Origin: an uncultured delta proteobacterium
GTDB lineage: Bacteria > Myxococcota_A > UBA9160 > SZUA-336
Direction of reading: 5' to 3'
Assembly (NCBI GenBank): GCA_963704165.1
Contig: CAVPHD010000004.1
Coordinates: 544,001-608,000, forward strand
DNA: 64,000 nucleotides
How positions within the stretch are numbered: position 1 is the stretch's first letter; each line of letters begins with the position of its first letter. The translations under genes were made by a program, and so were the position numbers. The notes under the pieces are model-generated. The model was not told where the DNA came from, did not search any database, and worked only from the letters and a program-made list of their open reading frames with translations. Below are positions 1 through 12,055 of the stretch, one piece after another.

Positions 1-1
1 A

Positions 2-610
2 GTGATCCGTCTGGTTCCAAGCGACGAGTCTGGGCTCCGGCTCGAGCACGAGCTCCGAGAGACCGCAGTTCGACAGGTGGTAGTGCTGCCAGCGCATCGG
101 ATCGCGATCGAGGATCTGACCGAGCGCGATGCCGAGCGCCGCGCCGTGACTGACCACGACGACCTCGTCGCCGCGATGCGAGCCCGAGATCCGAGCGAGC
201 GCTGCGGTGACGCGCGCCATCACGGCGTTCGCGGACTCGCCTCCGGGCGGCGCGAAGTCACGGTCGTGGCTTATTCGCGCGAAGAAGCCGTGCACGTTGA
301 GCAGCGCCTCGTACGAGATCCCCTCGAGCTCGCCGATCCCGTACTCCGCGAGATCCGGCTCGACGATCGCTTCGAGTCCGAGCCGCGCGCCGATCTCGGC
401 TGCGGTCTGGCGCGTGCGCAAGAGCGGACTCGTGTAGAGCGCGCGCACGCTCGGCCGGGTTCGGGCGAGGTGCTCGCCGGTGCGCCGCGCCTCGAGCTGT
501 CCATGGTCGGTGAGCGGGCTGTCCGTCGATCCGTGCCAGATCCGCGCGGTGTTCGCCGCGATCTGTCCGTGACGCACGAGCACGAGCTTCGCCGATGTCT
601 CCGACTCCAT
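2..610 (-). CDS. Histidine phosphatase (phosphoglycerate mutase-like) family protein, 3' end runs off the window
   Basis: Manual minus-strand translation (not in ORF track): MESETSAKLVLVRHGQ (RHG motif) ... VVVVSHGAA (second His) ... LSNCGLSEL ... WNQTDH. Confidence 0.85.
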   Translation of the reverse strand, partial: MESETSAKLVLVRHGQIAANTARIWHGSTDSPLTDHGQLEARRTGEHLARTRPSVRALYTSPLLRTRQTAAEIGARLGLEAIVEPDLAEYGIGELEGISYEALLNVHGFFARISHDRDFAPPGGESANAVMARVTAALARISGSHRGDEVVVVSHGAALGIALGQILDRDPMRWQHYHLSNCGLSELVLEPEPRLVAWNQTDH

Positions 611-630
611 TCCGATCCGTGCCTCCGAAG

Positions 631-1971
631 CTAGCCGCGAATCCAGCTGCCGTGGAAGCCGTGCGGGACGCGGCGCGGCATGTGAATCGTCGCGACCGGT
701 TTCTTCGCGGGGTCGGTCCCGTCGAGGATCACGAGGTCCGAGGCGTCGCGTGCCTTGTCGTAGACGAAGCCGAGCGCGTACCCTTCGTCCTCGGCAGCCG
801 AGTCAGTCGACTCCGCGAAGACGAACTCACCGGGCTGGGAGCTCGGCCCGAAATCGTGCATGACGGACGTGCCGCGCTCGAGATCGTATTTCAGCAAGAC
901 CCCCGCCGAACCGAAGCCAGCCTCCTCGCCGGGTCGCGACGCGACGGCCCAGCCGTAGCGGTTTCGCAGCCCGACCACGCGGTCGTCCACGCGCGGAAAC
1001 GCGTGCGAGACGTCGTCGAGCTGCCGCTCGCTGACCTTGCCCGTCGAGAGATCGAACTCCCATCGGTGCAGATAGGAGGGGGGGAAGTCGTTCATCGACT
1101 CGCGCCACATGTACGCGTGCCGGCCGACGTCGCAGATCACCTTGTTTCCCTCGACCCAGGAATTCATCGGGTGGAAGACGTAGCACGGGTCGATCTCGAA
1201 CCAGCGCACGTCCTTGTCCTGCCCCATGCGCGGCAGGATGCCGATGCGCGCGCCGTAGTCCGGATCCCAGCCGAGAGGGATCTCGCCCTTCATCGCCTTC
1301 TCGATGCTGAAGGTGACGGGCAGATCCATGAAGATCGCGTGATCCCGCGTCACCATGAAGTCGTGCATCATCGTCGGACCGGGCACGGTGATGTCGGCCG
1401 TGTGAACGAGCGCGCCCTTCGAGTCGAGCACGTGATAGACGAGATGAGGCGCGAGATACCCATAGCCGAAGAAGTGAAGCTCGTTCGTGATCGGGCAGAG
1501 TTTCGGATGCGCGGTGAAGGCGGTAGTGAGTCGACCGCCGTAGTCGTCACATCCGAGTGTTTCGAGCTCACTCGACAGCTCGTACGGAAAGTGGCCTTCT
1601 TCGAGCGCGAGGATGCGGCCCGCGTGACCGACCACATGGGTGTTCGCGGCGCTCGCGGTGCGGTCCATCATGGTCGCGGGATCCATCGCGTCGAGATCGC
1701 GCTCGAGCTTGGTCGTGCGCACGTAACGGTTGCGGTACCAGACCGCGCGACCCGCCTCGAGCCGGACGCCGTGAACCATGCCGTCGCCCATGAACCAGTG
1801 GCTCGACACGCCGCTCTTCGGATTCGCACCGTTGCGGACATACAATCCGAGAAGCTCCGGCGGAATCGACCCGGTCACCGGCAGATCGAAGCGGGTCAGC
1901 TCGTCCGCGACCGGTCCGTAGTTGCCGGACAGGTGCCAGGGTTTTTCGTCCTTCGGGATCGCGTTCGCCAT
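631..1971 (-). CDS. Carotenoid oxygenase / lignostilbene dioxygenase (RPE65) family protein
   Basis: YVRNGANP, HWFMGDGMVH, and four Fe-His motifs FTAHPK, MMHDF, VFHPMN, PHGFHGSW. Confidence 0.92.
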   Translation of the reverse strand: MANAIPKDEKPWHLSGNYGPVADELTRFDLPVTGSIPPELLGLYVRNGANPKSGVSSHWFMGDGMVHGVRLEAGRAVWYRNRYVRTTKLERDLDAMDPATMMDRTASAANTHVVGHAGRILALEEGHFPYELSSELETLGCDDYGGRLTTAFTAHPKLCPITNELHFFGYGYLAPHLVYHVLDSKGALVHTADITVPGPTMMHDFMVTRDHAIFMDLPVTFSIEKAMKGEIPLGWDPDYGARIGILPRMGQDKDVRWFEIDPCYVFHPMNSWVEGNKVICDVGRHAYMWRESMNDFPPSYLHRWEFDLSTGKVSERQLDDVSHAFPRVDDRVVGLRNRYGWAVASRPGEEAGFGSAGVLLKYDLERGTSVMHDFGPSSQPGEFVFAESTDSAAEDEGYALGFVYDKARDASDLVILDGTDPAKKPVATIHMPRRVPHGFHGSWIRG

Positions 1972-2005
1972 CGTCGATCTCCCTTCGGTGGTGCCGGAAC
2001 CGAGC

Positions 2006-3309
2006 TTACACGGTTCCGCGCGCTTCGCGGCGTCCTGCGTCGCGCGCGCGCTCGACGTCCCGTTCCAGCGTGCGCGAAGCCAGATAGAAGTGGAGCCCAG
2101 ACCAGATCAGGAGCGTCGAGACGATCATCAGCGCCCAGCGCAACGAGTCCGCACCGTAGCGCGGCTCGAGCGCATCGCTGAGCGCGCCGGTCGCGAGCGG
2201 ACCGAGCGCGAGCCCGATGATGTTGATCACGAACAAGAGCACCGCCGCCGCGGTGGCGCGCATCGTCGGCGTGGCCAGAGACTGCGTGATCGCGAAGGCC
2301 GGTGCCTGGTACATCAGCCCGAGCCCCGTCGGCACCACCAGGAGGATCAGCGCGACCGTCGCGTTCGGGGTCAGATAGATCGCGAGCGAGAACGGCGCCG
2401 CGATCGCCATCGCGATCGCGGGCACGAGCGCCCGACCGCGCACGTCCTTCGCCCCCCAGCCGTCCGCGAAGACGCCGCCGAGGTAGTTCCCGATGCCGCC
2501 GCCGACGCCGATGATCAGCGCGAGCCACGAGCCGACCTCTCCGCTGCTCATCTGATGGGTGCGAATCAGGAACGACGGCACCCAGTTGATCACCGAGTAG
2601 CCGACGAACGCGTACAGACCCGACGCGAACGAGAGGTGGCGGAACGTGCGGTGAGCTCCAGAGGAAGCGGATCACGTCGAGTGCGGACGGTGGCGTGCCC
2701 TCGCTCTGCAATCCCTCGGAGTGTCCGCGCGGCGGCTCGCGAAGCGTGAGGGCGACGATCATCGCGATCAGTACGCCCGGTAGACCGACGACGACGAACG
2801 CCATCCGCCAGCCCAGGCTCTCGTTCAGCCAGCCTCCGGCCAGAAAGCCGACGAGAATTCCGAGGGGCACGCCGAGCGAGAAGATCGCGAGCGCGGTCGC
2901 GCGCCGCTCGGGCGGGAAGTAGTCCGAGATCATCGAGTGCGCGGGCGGGCTGCCGCCGGCCTCGCCGACGCCGACACCGACGCGGAACGCGAGCAGGCTC
3001 GCGAAGCCGACGGCCGAGCCGCAGAGCGCGGTCATGCCACTCCAGAGCGCGAGGCAGATCGCGATCACCCACTTCCGCGAGACGCGATCCGCGAGCCGGG
3101 CGATCGGAACACCGAGCGTGGCGTAGAAGAGTCCGAACGCGGTGCCGGAGAGCAGGCCGAGCTGGGTGTCCGTGAGCTGAGAGGTCCGCCTTGATCGACG
3201 GCAGCAGGATCGCGAGGATCTGACGATCGACGAAGTTCACCACGTACACGACGCAGAGCAGGCCGAGCGCGTAGCGCAGATAGGCGGGCGAGAAGGTCTG
3301 TGTCGTCAC
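2006..3309 (-). CDS. Spinster-like MFS transporter, frameshifted near 3180 and 2650
   Basis: Pieces in different frames join into one MFS: NFVDRQILAIL, GVGEAGGSPPAHSMISDYFPPERRA, GLALGPLATGALSD. Confidence 0.85.
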
Positions 3310-3382
3310 GCGCGCATCGTATCAGCCCGTGAGCTCGATGCGTTTGGAATCGGTCGTCTTCGGGTTCGATCCGCGCGGCGCG

Positions 3383-4194
3383 TCAGACCAGCAGCGCGAG
3401 CTGACGCGACTGCACCAGCAGGATTCCGTCGCGTGTCCAGATCTCGCCGTCCTCCTCGACGTAACCGTCGCGCGCGATATGACTGCGGAACAGACACAGG
3501 TAGTGGTCGTCCGGCCGGGCGTTCGCGGGGATCGCGCCGCGGAAGTGCACGGTCAGGTCGATCGGTCGGCACGCCGCGCAGCGAACGCGCCGCCGATCGA
3601 GTGGCGCTGCGAGATCGCGGGCGGCCAGGCGTCGCTGAAGAGCGCCAGCGCCGGCGCATCGGGAACGATCGGCTCGGCCAGGCGCAGCCAGCCACCGCTG
3701 ATCGCGCGCGAGCGACGTCCCGGGTCCGACGGCTCCGAAGGCGGGCCGCATCTCGAAGCGCTCGTGCATCGGGAGCGCCGGCCCGCCCGTCGGATCGCGC
3801 GCGGGCAGGCTCTCGGGATTCGCGACCTCGGGCATGTGCAGCTCGTGGAACTCGACCGACTCGCGCGAGCGACCGAACGACGCGAGCGCGAGCGCGATCA
3901 GCTCGCCGTTCTGTTCGAGTCGCGCCGAGAGCGCCGTCATCGAGCGGCCGCTCCGCTCCACGCGCACGTGCACGCGCGCCGGGACCTTCGACGGCGGGTG
4001 CGACGTAGTGGATCGTCAGTGAGCGCGGCAGCCGCGTCTCGTCCCCGACCGCGGCCGTCAGACGCGCGCAGCACGATCGAAGCCAGATAGCCGCCGTTCG
4101 CGCCCATCACGATCCACCAGCCGCGATCGATGCGCGCGTCGAAGGCGCCGTCGGCTGCGAGCGCGACGGCGCTGTCCCGTTCGAAGCGGGTCAC
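3383..4194 (-). CDS. Acyl-CoA thioesterase (TesB-like double hotdog), multiply frameshifted
   Basis: N-term RIDRGWWIVMGANGGYLAS; C-term IDLTVHFR...DGYVEEDGEIWTRDGILLVQSRQLA; split over frames. Confidence 0.8.
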
Positions 4195-5133
4195 GAGTCT
4201 GCGAACGCGGGCAGGACGCGTTCCGCGAAGAGCCGCGCGGGCACGCGCGTGTCGCGACCGAAGAACTCGATCACGAGCAATCCGCAGCCGAGCTTGCGAT
4301 GCCGCTCGATGCCGTCGATCACGCGCTCGGGCGTGCCCCAGATGCCGTGCTCCTCGAGCGCGCCGCCCATGTGGCCGCCGTAGATCTTCTTGGCCTTCTC
4401 GAGCGACTCCTTCGCGCGGGCCTCGGTCTCCTCGATCACGACCACGCACTGCTGCGAGATGCGGATCTCGCCGACGTCGCGCTTCACGTCGTCGCAGCGG
4501 CGCCGCAGCGCCTCGATCTTCGCGCCGAGCTGGGCCTGGAAGACCGCGAGGTTGTTCCAGATGTCGGCGTGCTGCGCGGCGATCCGCAGCAGCACCTTCT
4601 CGCCGGCGCCGCCGATCAGGATCGGCGTGCGGCGCAGCGGCTTCGGCTCGCTCCAGGCGTCCGACACCGAGAAGTGACGGCCCGCGAACGTCACTCGCTC
4701 CTCGCTGAACAGGCGGCGCAGCAGGATCGCGGTCTCCTCGAGCGCCTTCATCCGCTCGCCGAGCGGCGGGAACGGGCTGCCGGTGCCCGTGAATTCGGCC
4801 TCGAACCAGCCCGCGCCGAGGCCGACGATCGCGCGCCCGCCCGAGATGTGGTCGAGCGTGGCGACCTGCTTGGCGAGGATCGCGGGATTTCGGAAGAACG
4901 GCGGCGTGACGAGCGTGCCGAGCTCCACGCGCGAGGTGACGGCCGCGACGGCGGCGAGCTCGGTCCACGCCTCGAAGATCGGCAGGTTCGGCACCGGCAC
5001 GCCGTACACGTGATCGCAGACCCAGGCGGAGTGGAAGCCGAGCTGGATCGAGCTCCTCGGCGACGGCGCGCGCCTCCTGCCAGCTGCGCTTGATCTGCGG
5101 CAGCGTCCCCCCGAACTGCATCGAGCCCGACAT
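4191..5133 (-). CDS. Luciferase-like (LLM) flavin- or F420-dependent oxidoreductase, frameshift near 5050
   Basis: GFHSAWVCDH, FRNPAILAKQVATLDHISGGR, GLGAGW, PILIGGAGEK. Confidence 0.88.
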
Positions 5134-5155
5134 CGATTCCTCCTCGCTCGCGATT

Positions 5156-5990
5156 CTACGCGATGACGCGATTTCGTCCCTCGGCCTTGGCGCGGTACAG
5201 GCGTGTGTCGGCCGCCTCCATCAGCTCGGCAGCCGTCTTTCCGTCGGCCGGCGTGCTCGCCACTCCGGCCGAGACCGAAAGCGCCGCGCCCGCGCCGGTC
5301 GGCGAGGGCGACTCGAAGGCCGCGCGCACCTTCTCCGCTACGGCACGTGCGCCGTCTCGGGTCGTCTCGGGCAGCACGAGCACGAACTCGTCGCCGCCGT
5401 ATCGCGCCGCGGTATCGCTCGCGCGCGAGCGCTCGCGGAGCAGCGATGCGATGCGCACCAGGGCGGCGTTTCCGGCCGCGTGACCGAAGCGGTCGTTCCA
5501 CCCCTTCAAGTCGTCGACGTCGAACATGACGACGGCGAGCGCCCGTCCGTAGCGTTGGGCGCGTTCCAGCTCCCGATCCAGCGCCGAGACGATCCGGCCG
5601 TAGTTGGCGAGCCCGGTGAGTGCGTCGCGCTCGGCGCGCAGGAGGGCCTGCTCGTGGTCGCGCGCATTCGCGAGCGCGAGCGCGCCGTGCGTGACGAGAG
5701 CCCGGAGCGCAGACTCGTCGATGCCCGCGCTCGCGAAGACCCGCAAGCCTCCCGATGCGCTCGCCGCGCGCGTTCAGCTCGAGCGGACGGGCGGGCCCGG
5801 CGCTCGTATCGCCCCGGCCGACCTCGCGCGCATCCCTCTCTCCGTAGGAGTCGAGCTCGAGAACCGCGCCGATGGCGCCCGCCACCCGAATCGAAGCGTC
5901 GAGGAGGCGTGCGACGACGTCGGAGACGCGAAGGCTCGAGGACATCTCGCGCAGGGCTTCGAGCAGGGCCTCCGCGCGTCCTTCGTCCAT
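5156..5990 (-). CDS. Diguanylate cyclase (GAF-like N-terminus + GGDEF), frameshift near 5750
   Basis: DALTGLAN, DVDDLKGWNDRFGH, RASD I-site followed by RYGGDEF. Confidence 0.88.
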
Positions 5991-6054
5991 TTCGGGATTC
6001 TACGCGCCCGCCGCGCTTTCTCGCGTTCGGCGCGTGTGTCACCCTCCCGCGCCC

Positions 6055-7222
6055 ATGCCCCGCTCCGTCGGCTTCGCCGCGCTCACCGCGTTCGTGCTCA
6101 TGCTCGGAATCGGCGTGCTCTTTCCCGTGCTGCCGTTCCTGACCCGCGAGCTCGGCATCTCCGATGCGCACGCCGGCTGGCTGCTCGCGTCGTATCCGCT
6201 GGCCTCGTTCGTCGCGAGCCCGCTCTGGGGGCGGTTCTCGAGCGCACACGGTCGCAAGCCGGCGCTCGTCGTCGGACTCGTCGGCTACTCGATCGGGTTC
6301 ATTCTCTTCGGCCTCGGCGAGACGCTTCACCCAGCTTCTCGCTGCGCGCGTGCTCGGCGGGCTCGTCTCCGCGGCGGCGCTTCCGGCGCTCTTCGCCTAC
6401 GTCGCCGACGTCACGACTCCAGAGAAGCGCAGCTCCGGAATGGGCGCGCTCGGTGCCGGGCTCGGCCTCGGCGTGACGCTCGGCCCGGTGCTCGGCTGGC
6501 TCACCTACGCCGCCTACGGATTGCGTGCGCCGTACTTCGTGTCGGGTGCGATCGGGCTGGCGAACGCGCTCGTGGTCGCGCGCGCGCTGCCCGAGAGCCT
6601 CGACGCGGCCACGCGCGCGGCTCGCGATCGCGAGGCGACGCCGCGACGTCCGCTCGCGCAGATCGCACGTCCGCTCGCGCCGTTCCTCGTCTGCAGCTTC
6701 CTGACCTCGACCGCGCGCATGGCCGTCGACACGACGTTCGGCTTCTTCGCCCAGAACGCGCTCGGAGCGTCACCGCGCGGTGTCGCCGGCGTGCTCTTCG
6801 TGATGGGCGTGACGTCGGCGCTGGTGCAGGGCGGACTCCTGCGCCGGATCGAGGGACGCATCTCCGACGAGACCCTCTTCGCCGCCGGCTGCGTCGCTGA
6901 TGACCGCGGGCCTCGCCGTGTTCGGCTTCGCGGAAGCTGGACGGGCGTGCTCGCGGGGGGCATCCCGGTCGCGGTCGGCTTCGCGCTGCTCGCTCCGACG
7001 CTGACCGCGTTGATCTCGCGCGCGGCCGAGGACGTGCAGGGAGAGGCGCAGGGGCTGAACGGAAGCGCGACCGCGCTCTCGCGCGTGGTCTCGCCGCTGC
7101 TCTTCACGACGGGTCTCTGGCCGAGCTTCGGCGGGCCGGGGACCTACGGCGTCGCCGCGATTCTCTGCGCGCTCGCGCTCGTCGTCGCGCGGACGAGCTT
7201 CAGAACCCGGGCGGAGGCGTGA
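6055..7222 (+). CDS. MFS drug:H+ antiporter-like (TetA family) transporter, frameshifted near 6330 and about 6900-6935
   Basis: GIGVLFPVLPF, SPLWGRFSSAHGRKP (motif A), AYVADVTTPEKRS, GPVLG. Confidence 0.85.
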
Positions 7223-8662
7223 AGCCGCCGAGCACCTCCGAGATCCGCTTGCCGAGATCGAGCGTCGTGCGGTCCTCGAGGTAGGGCCCCGCGATCTGCA
7301 AGCCGACGGGCAGGTTCTCGCGCGTGCGACCGGCGGGGACCACCGTCGCGGGCAGCTTGCACATCGTCACCGGCGCGATCCAGCCGAACAGATCGGTGTA
7401 GGGGCGCTTCTCCGCAGTTCACCGTGATCGTGCGGGTCGTGAACGGACCGTCGTGCTGGTGCGGGATCGCCGCGACCTGATTCACCGGCAGGAGCAGCGC
7501 GTCGTAGCCCGCCGAAGAACTCGGCGAAGCGCGCGCGCATCGCCTCGCGCTGCTCGTGGGCTGCGAGCCACTCGTGATGGGTTGCTGCCGTCGTGCGCGC
7601 GGTGAAGATCATCTCGGAGTCGTCGTCGGGAGCCGCGTTCGCGGCGAGCTCGCGCAGGCTCTCGGATCGCGTCGGCGGGGAAGCTCGCGCCCATGACCGG
7701 CATGAGCAGCCGCTGATAGGCTGCGCACCGCCTCGCGCAGGCCGAACGGCGGGCGCGCGCGCTCGTCGATCCTGGCACCGGCGCGGCGCAGCTTCTCGAT
7801 CGCCTCGGCGTGGACCCGCTTCACTTCGGCATCGACGGGGTAGTCGGCGTCGTCGAGCCAGGCCGCGATGCGGTACTCGGAGAGGGTCGCGCGCCGCGGC
7901 TTCGGCAGCTCGAGCCGCCAGCCCTTCGACTCCGGGTCGCTCGCGCCGGCGAGCACGCCGAGCGCGAGCTCGAGATCCTCGACGCAGCGCGCGATCGGCC
8001 CGTGCACGTTCAGATCGGGCTCGGCGAACGATCCGGGCGGAAAGGGAATGTGCCCGCGCTGCGGGATGATCCCGTAGCTCGGCTTGTGCCCGAAGACGCC
8101 GCTCCAGTGCGACGGCACGCGGATCGATCCGCCGATGTCGGAGCCGAGCTCGAGCGCGGTGAAACCCGCGGCGACGGCCGCCGCGGCGCCGCCGGAGGAT
8201 CCGCCGGGCGTGCGCTCGAGGTTCCACGGGTTGCGCGTGGTGGGGAAGAGCTCGTTGTAGCTCTGCCAGTCGCTGGTCATGTACGGCGTGTTGGTCTTGC
8301 CGAAGACGATCGCTCCCGCGCCGCGCAGCCGCGCGACCGCGACCGCATCGCGCGCGGGAACGTGCTCCGCGAGCTCCGGCGCTCCGCAGGTCGTGCGGAT
8401 CCCCTCGGTCTCGAAGCTGTCCTTGATCGTGATCGGAAGCCCGTGCAGCACTCCGACCGCGCGCCCCTGCGCGAGCTCGCGATCGGCCTCGTCCGGCCTG
8501 CGCGCGCGCTCGCTCGGCGTCGACCGTGACGACCGCGTGGATCTTCGGATCGAGCTTCGCGACCCGCGCGAGCGCGCGCTCGAGCAGGTCGCGGCTCTTG
8601 AGCTCGCCGCTGCGCAGGCGCGTACAGAGGTCGGTGGCGGTGCGGAACTCGAGCTCGCTCAT
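7200..8662 (-). CDS. Amidase signature family protein, multiply frameshifted
   Basis: LHGLPITIKD, TPGGSSGG, GSDIGGSIRVP; C-term read manually ...DLGKRISEVLGGFTPPPGF* ending at 7200. Confidence 0.88.
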
Positions 8663-8694
8663 CGAAAATCCCTCGTTGGCCTCGGGCGTCGGGC

Positions 8695-8704
8695 ATCGTA
8701 CCAT
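8695..8704. promoter_or_regulatory. Overlapping divergent -10 elements (TACGAT minus, TACCAT plus) between amidase and apaG
   Basis: atcgtaccat lies within a short divergent intergenic region. Confidence 0.45.
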
Positions 8705-8757
8705 GCACCCCGTCGGGGCAGAGCGACCGGAGGCAGAGTTGGGCAAGCTCGGAAGCG

Positions 8758-9129
8758 TTGACGCGGAGCATCCGCGTGAAGGTCGCGTCGAAGTACGTGC
8801 CGGAACGATCGCGCCCGATGATGAACGAGTACTTCTTCGCGTACTCGATCCAGATCTCGAACGAGGGTCGCGAGACGGTGCAGCTGATCTCGCGCTTCTG
8901 GCGGATCACGGACGCCGAAGGCCACATCGAGGAGGTGCGTGGGCCTGGCGTGGTCGGTGAACAGCCGGTGCTCGGACCCGGCGACGCGTTCGAGTACACA
9001 TCTGCGTGTCCCCTGGTGACGCCGTTCGGCTCGATGAGCGGCACCTACCAGATGGTGACGGACTCGGGAGAGAGCTTCGATGCGGTGGTGGGGCTCTTCG
9101 AGCTCGCCGAGCCCTACGCGATCAACTAG
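8758..9129 (+). CDS. apaG: ApaG family protein
   Basis: YFFAYSIQISNEG, QLISRFWRITDAEG, VRGPGVVGEQP, GSMSGTYQM; true start probably TTG near 8739 after GGAGG with a 1-nt insertion. Confidence 0.95.
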   Translation: MTRSIRVKVASKYVPERSRPMMNEYFFAYSIQISNEGRETVQLISRFWRITDAEGHIEEVRGPGVVGEQPVLGPGDAFEYTSACPLVTPFGSMSGTYQMVTDSGESFDAVVGLFELAEPYAIN

Positions 9130-9173
9130 GCAAGGCGGCGATCCGATCGCCGGATGGAAGGGGAGGAGCGGAA

Positions 9174-11268
9174 TTGACCGATCGCACGGTTCACACGTTC
9201 TGCCGGGTTTGCGAGCCCGCCTGCGGGCTGCTGGCATCGGTGCGTGACGGCCGGCTCGAGTCGCTGCGTCCAGACCCGGAGCATCCGGTGACGCGCGGCT
9301 TCGCGTGCAACAAGGGTCTGGCCGGCGTCGAGATCCACCACGACCCCGACCGACTGAATCATCCGCTGCGCCGTCGCGCGAACGGACGGACTCGAGCGCA
9401 TCTCCTGGGACGACGCGACGTCGGAAATCGCAACGCGACTGCGCGAGATCATCGCCAAGCACGGCCCCGACGCGGTCGCCTCCTACATCGGCAATCCGAG
9501 CGCGTTCAATGCGCAGCTCGGTCCGGCCGCGGGAGCGTTCTTCACCCAGCTCGGTACTCGGCGATCGTTCAGCTCGGGTACACAGGACTGTGCCAACAAG
9601 TTCGCTGGCAGCGAGGCGGTCTTCGGGTCGACCACGATCCACCCGATTCCGGACCTCGAGCACACCGACTTGCTGCTCGTCTTCGGCGCGAACCCGCGCG
9701 TGTCGCACGGCAGCTTCATCTCGATCGCCGACCCGGCGCGCGCCCTCAAGAACGCACGAGGGCGCGGCGCCCGGATCCGCTTCGTGAACCCGCGCGAGAC
9801 CGAGTCGGCCGAGCCGGGAGAGACGATCCTGATCCGTCCCGACACGGACGTGTACTTGATGGCGGCGCTGCTGCACGAGCTCGATCGCATCGGCGCCTTC
9901 GACTCGGCCGTGCTCGACGCGCACGGGGCGAACGTCGCCGGAATGCGCGAGTTCATCGCGCGCCATCCGGCCGAGCGCGCCTCTCGCGTCACGGGCGTTC
10001 CCGCGCAGGCCGTGCGCGAGCTGGCGCGCGAGATCGCAGCTTCGCGGAGCTGTTCGGTGCACCTCTCGACGGGCGTGAACATGGGAAGACAGGGGACGCT
10101 CGGCTACTGGCTCGGGCACATGCTCTCGTTCGCGACCGGCAACCTCGATCGGCGCGGCGGGAACATCCTCTCGGTGGGATTCTACGAGGCCGCGAAGGCC
10201 GGTCGGCGCGGATTCGAGAGCTCCTTCTCCGACACCGAATTCGGTCGGCTGCGGAAGGGCGCACTGCCCGGCAACCTGCTCTCGCACGCGATCCTCGACG
10301 CCGAGAACCCGGTGCGCGCCCTCTTCGTCGTCGCGGGAAATCCGCTGCTCTCGATCGCCGGCGAAGCGCGCCTGCGAGAGGCCTTCGGATCGCTCGACCT
10401 GCTCGTCTGCATCGATCTGTATCCGAACGCGACGGGCGAGTACGCCGACTATTTGCTGCCGTCGACCGACATGTTCGAGCGCGCGGACGTGAACATCACC
10501 GGACTCGGTCTTCAGCACGAGCCGTGGATCCAGTGGAGCGACGCCGTCGTCCCCGCGCAGGCGGAGCGGCGCGAGGAGTGGTGGATCCTCGCGCGGCTCT
10601 CGCAGGCGCTCGGCTTGAAGTCCGCGCTCGACGCGGGCCCCGATCCCGACCTGTGGGGCCGGATCGATCACATGCTGAAGACGCGCGGCCACTCGCTGGC
10701 GGAGCTCCGCGCGACGCCGCACGGCATCGTCTTCGAGCCCCTGACACCGGGGAGCTTCTACGAGAAGCAGATTCAGACGCCCGACCACCGCGTCGATTGC
10801 TGTCCGCCCGCGTTCGCCGACGCGCTCGAACGCGCCGAGCGGATCTTCGTCGAGCTCGAAGGCGAGGGGCTCGCGCGCCTGAAGCTGATCACGCTCCGCG
10901 ACCCGTACATGCACAACAGCTGGTACGCGAACGTCGCGAAGATGAAGCGCGGGAGCCGCGATCGGAACCGGCTTCACGTGAACCCGGAGGACGCGGCCGC
11001 TCGCTCGCTCGCGAACGGCGCGAAGGCGCGGATCTGGAACGAGAACGGCGCGCTCGAGCTCGAGGTCGAATGCGACTCGACGCTGATGCGCGGTGTGGTG
11101 GCGCTGGTCCACGGCTGGGGAAATCAGAGCACGCCGGGCATGCGGCTCGCGGCGCGAACGCCGGGCGTGAACGCGAACGCGCTGCTTCCGATCGGCCCGG
11201 ATTCCTTCGAGCCACTCTCCAGCCAGGCCTTCATGACGGGCATCCCGGTCGAGCTGGCCCCGCTCTAG
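9174..11268 (+). CDS. Molybdopterin (DMSO reductase superfamily) oxidoreductase with N-terminal 4Fe-4S motif, frameshift near 9390
   Basis: HTFCRVCEPACG...FACNKG, GANPRVSHG, ADYLLPST, C-terminal molybdopterin-binding domain (MHNSW, HVNPEDA). Confidence 0.88.
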
Positions 11269-11284
11269 CGCGCTCCGAGCGGGC

Positions 11285-11319
11285 TTGCGGCGAAAACTGA
11301 ATACGATCATAATTGATCG
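11285..11319 (+). promoter_or_regulatory. Sigma70-type promoter (TTGCGG-N17-CATAAT) overlapped by inverted repeat CGATCA-taat-TGATCG, probable TetR operator
   Basis: -35 at 11285-11290, -10 at 11308-11313, palindrome 11304-11319, directly upstream of the TetR gene. Confidence 0.7.
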
Positions 11320-11336
11320 CGTTCGGGGAGGTTCGA

Positions 11337-11991
11337 ATGCCTGAAGCCGCGGTCGGCCTGCGGGAGCGGAACAAGCGCGAGAAGCTCGAGCGGATCACCG
11401 CTTCGGCGCGCGAGCTCTTCCGCTCGAAGGGCTTCGACGAGACGACCGCGCGCGAGATCTGCGAACGCGCGCGGATCGGCACGGGCACGCTCTTCCTCTA
11501 CGTTCGCGACAAGCGCGAGCTGCTCTTCCTGTGCTTCGAGGCCGACGCGCGGCGCCTGTTCGCGGAGGGTCGGGCGGAGGCCGTGCGTACCGTCGGCCTC
11601 GTGCCCCAACTGATGTGCCTGTTCCGCCGCTTCATCGGCGTACTACGCCGACGACCCCGCGCTCTCGAAGGCGATCGTTCGCGAGCTCTTCTTCCGACCG
11701 CACGAACCCGAAGGCATCGGCCGGCTCACGCTGGAGTATTCGGATCACGTCGCGGAACTCGTGCTCGGCGCACAGAAGCGCTTCGAGATCCGCAACGACG
11801 TCGAGCCCGAAGCTGCCGCGATGGCCTTCTACGCGCACTACGCGTTCTGGATTCTCGGCTGGCTCGGCAGCGAGATGCTTCGAGTCGAGAGCGTGGAACC
11901 GGGCCTTCGGCGGGCGCTCGAGCTCCAGCTCGAGGGACTCGCCACCGCCCGCCCCGCAGGAACGCGCAAGAGCGCCGGGAAGAGCAGATAG
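11337..11991 (+). CDS. TetR/AcrR family transcriptional regulator, frameshift near 11640
   Basis: GLRERNKREK...ELFRSKGFDETTAREIC..GTLFLY HTH; C-terminus continues in ORF 11761..11991. Confidence 0.88.
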
Positions 11992-12055
11992 GCATCTCTG
12001 GATCTCGACCCGTTCGGAGATCCATCGGTCGCGCGGGCTAGAATGCGCGCGCTCG

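Noticed and set aside
9174..11268. Molybdopterin enzyme as a second selenoprotein or formate dehydrogenase
   Set aside because: The break is a frameshift, not an in-frame TGA, and no FDH-type C/U-H motif is visible.
2006..11991. Programmed frameshifting or phase variation as the cause of the split genes
   Set aside because: No consistent slippery sequences or simple-repeat tracts at the breaks, and these families are not known for recoding.
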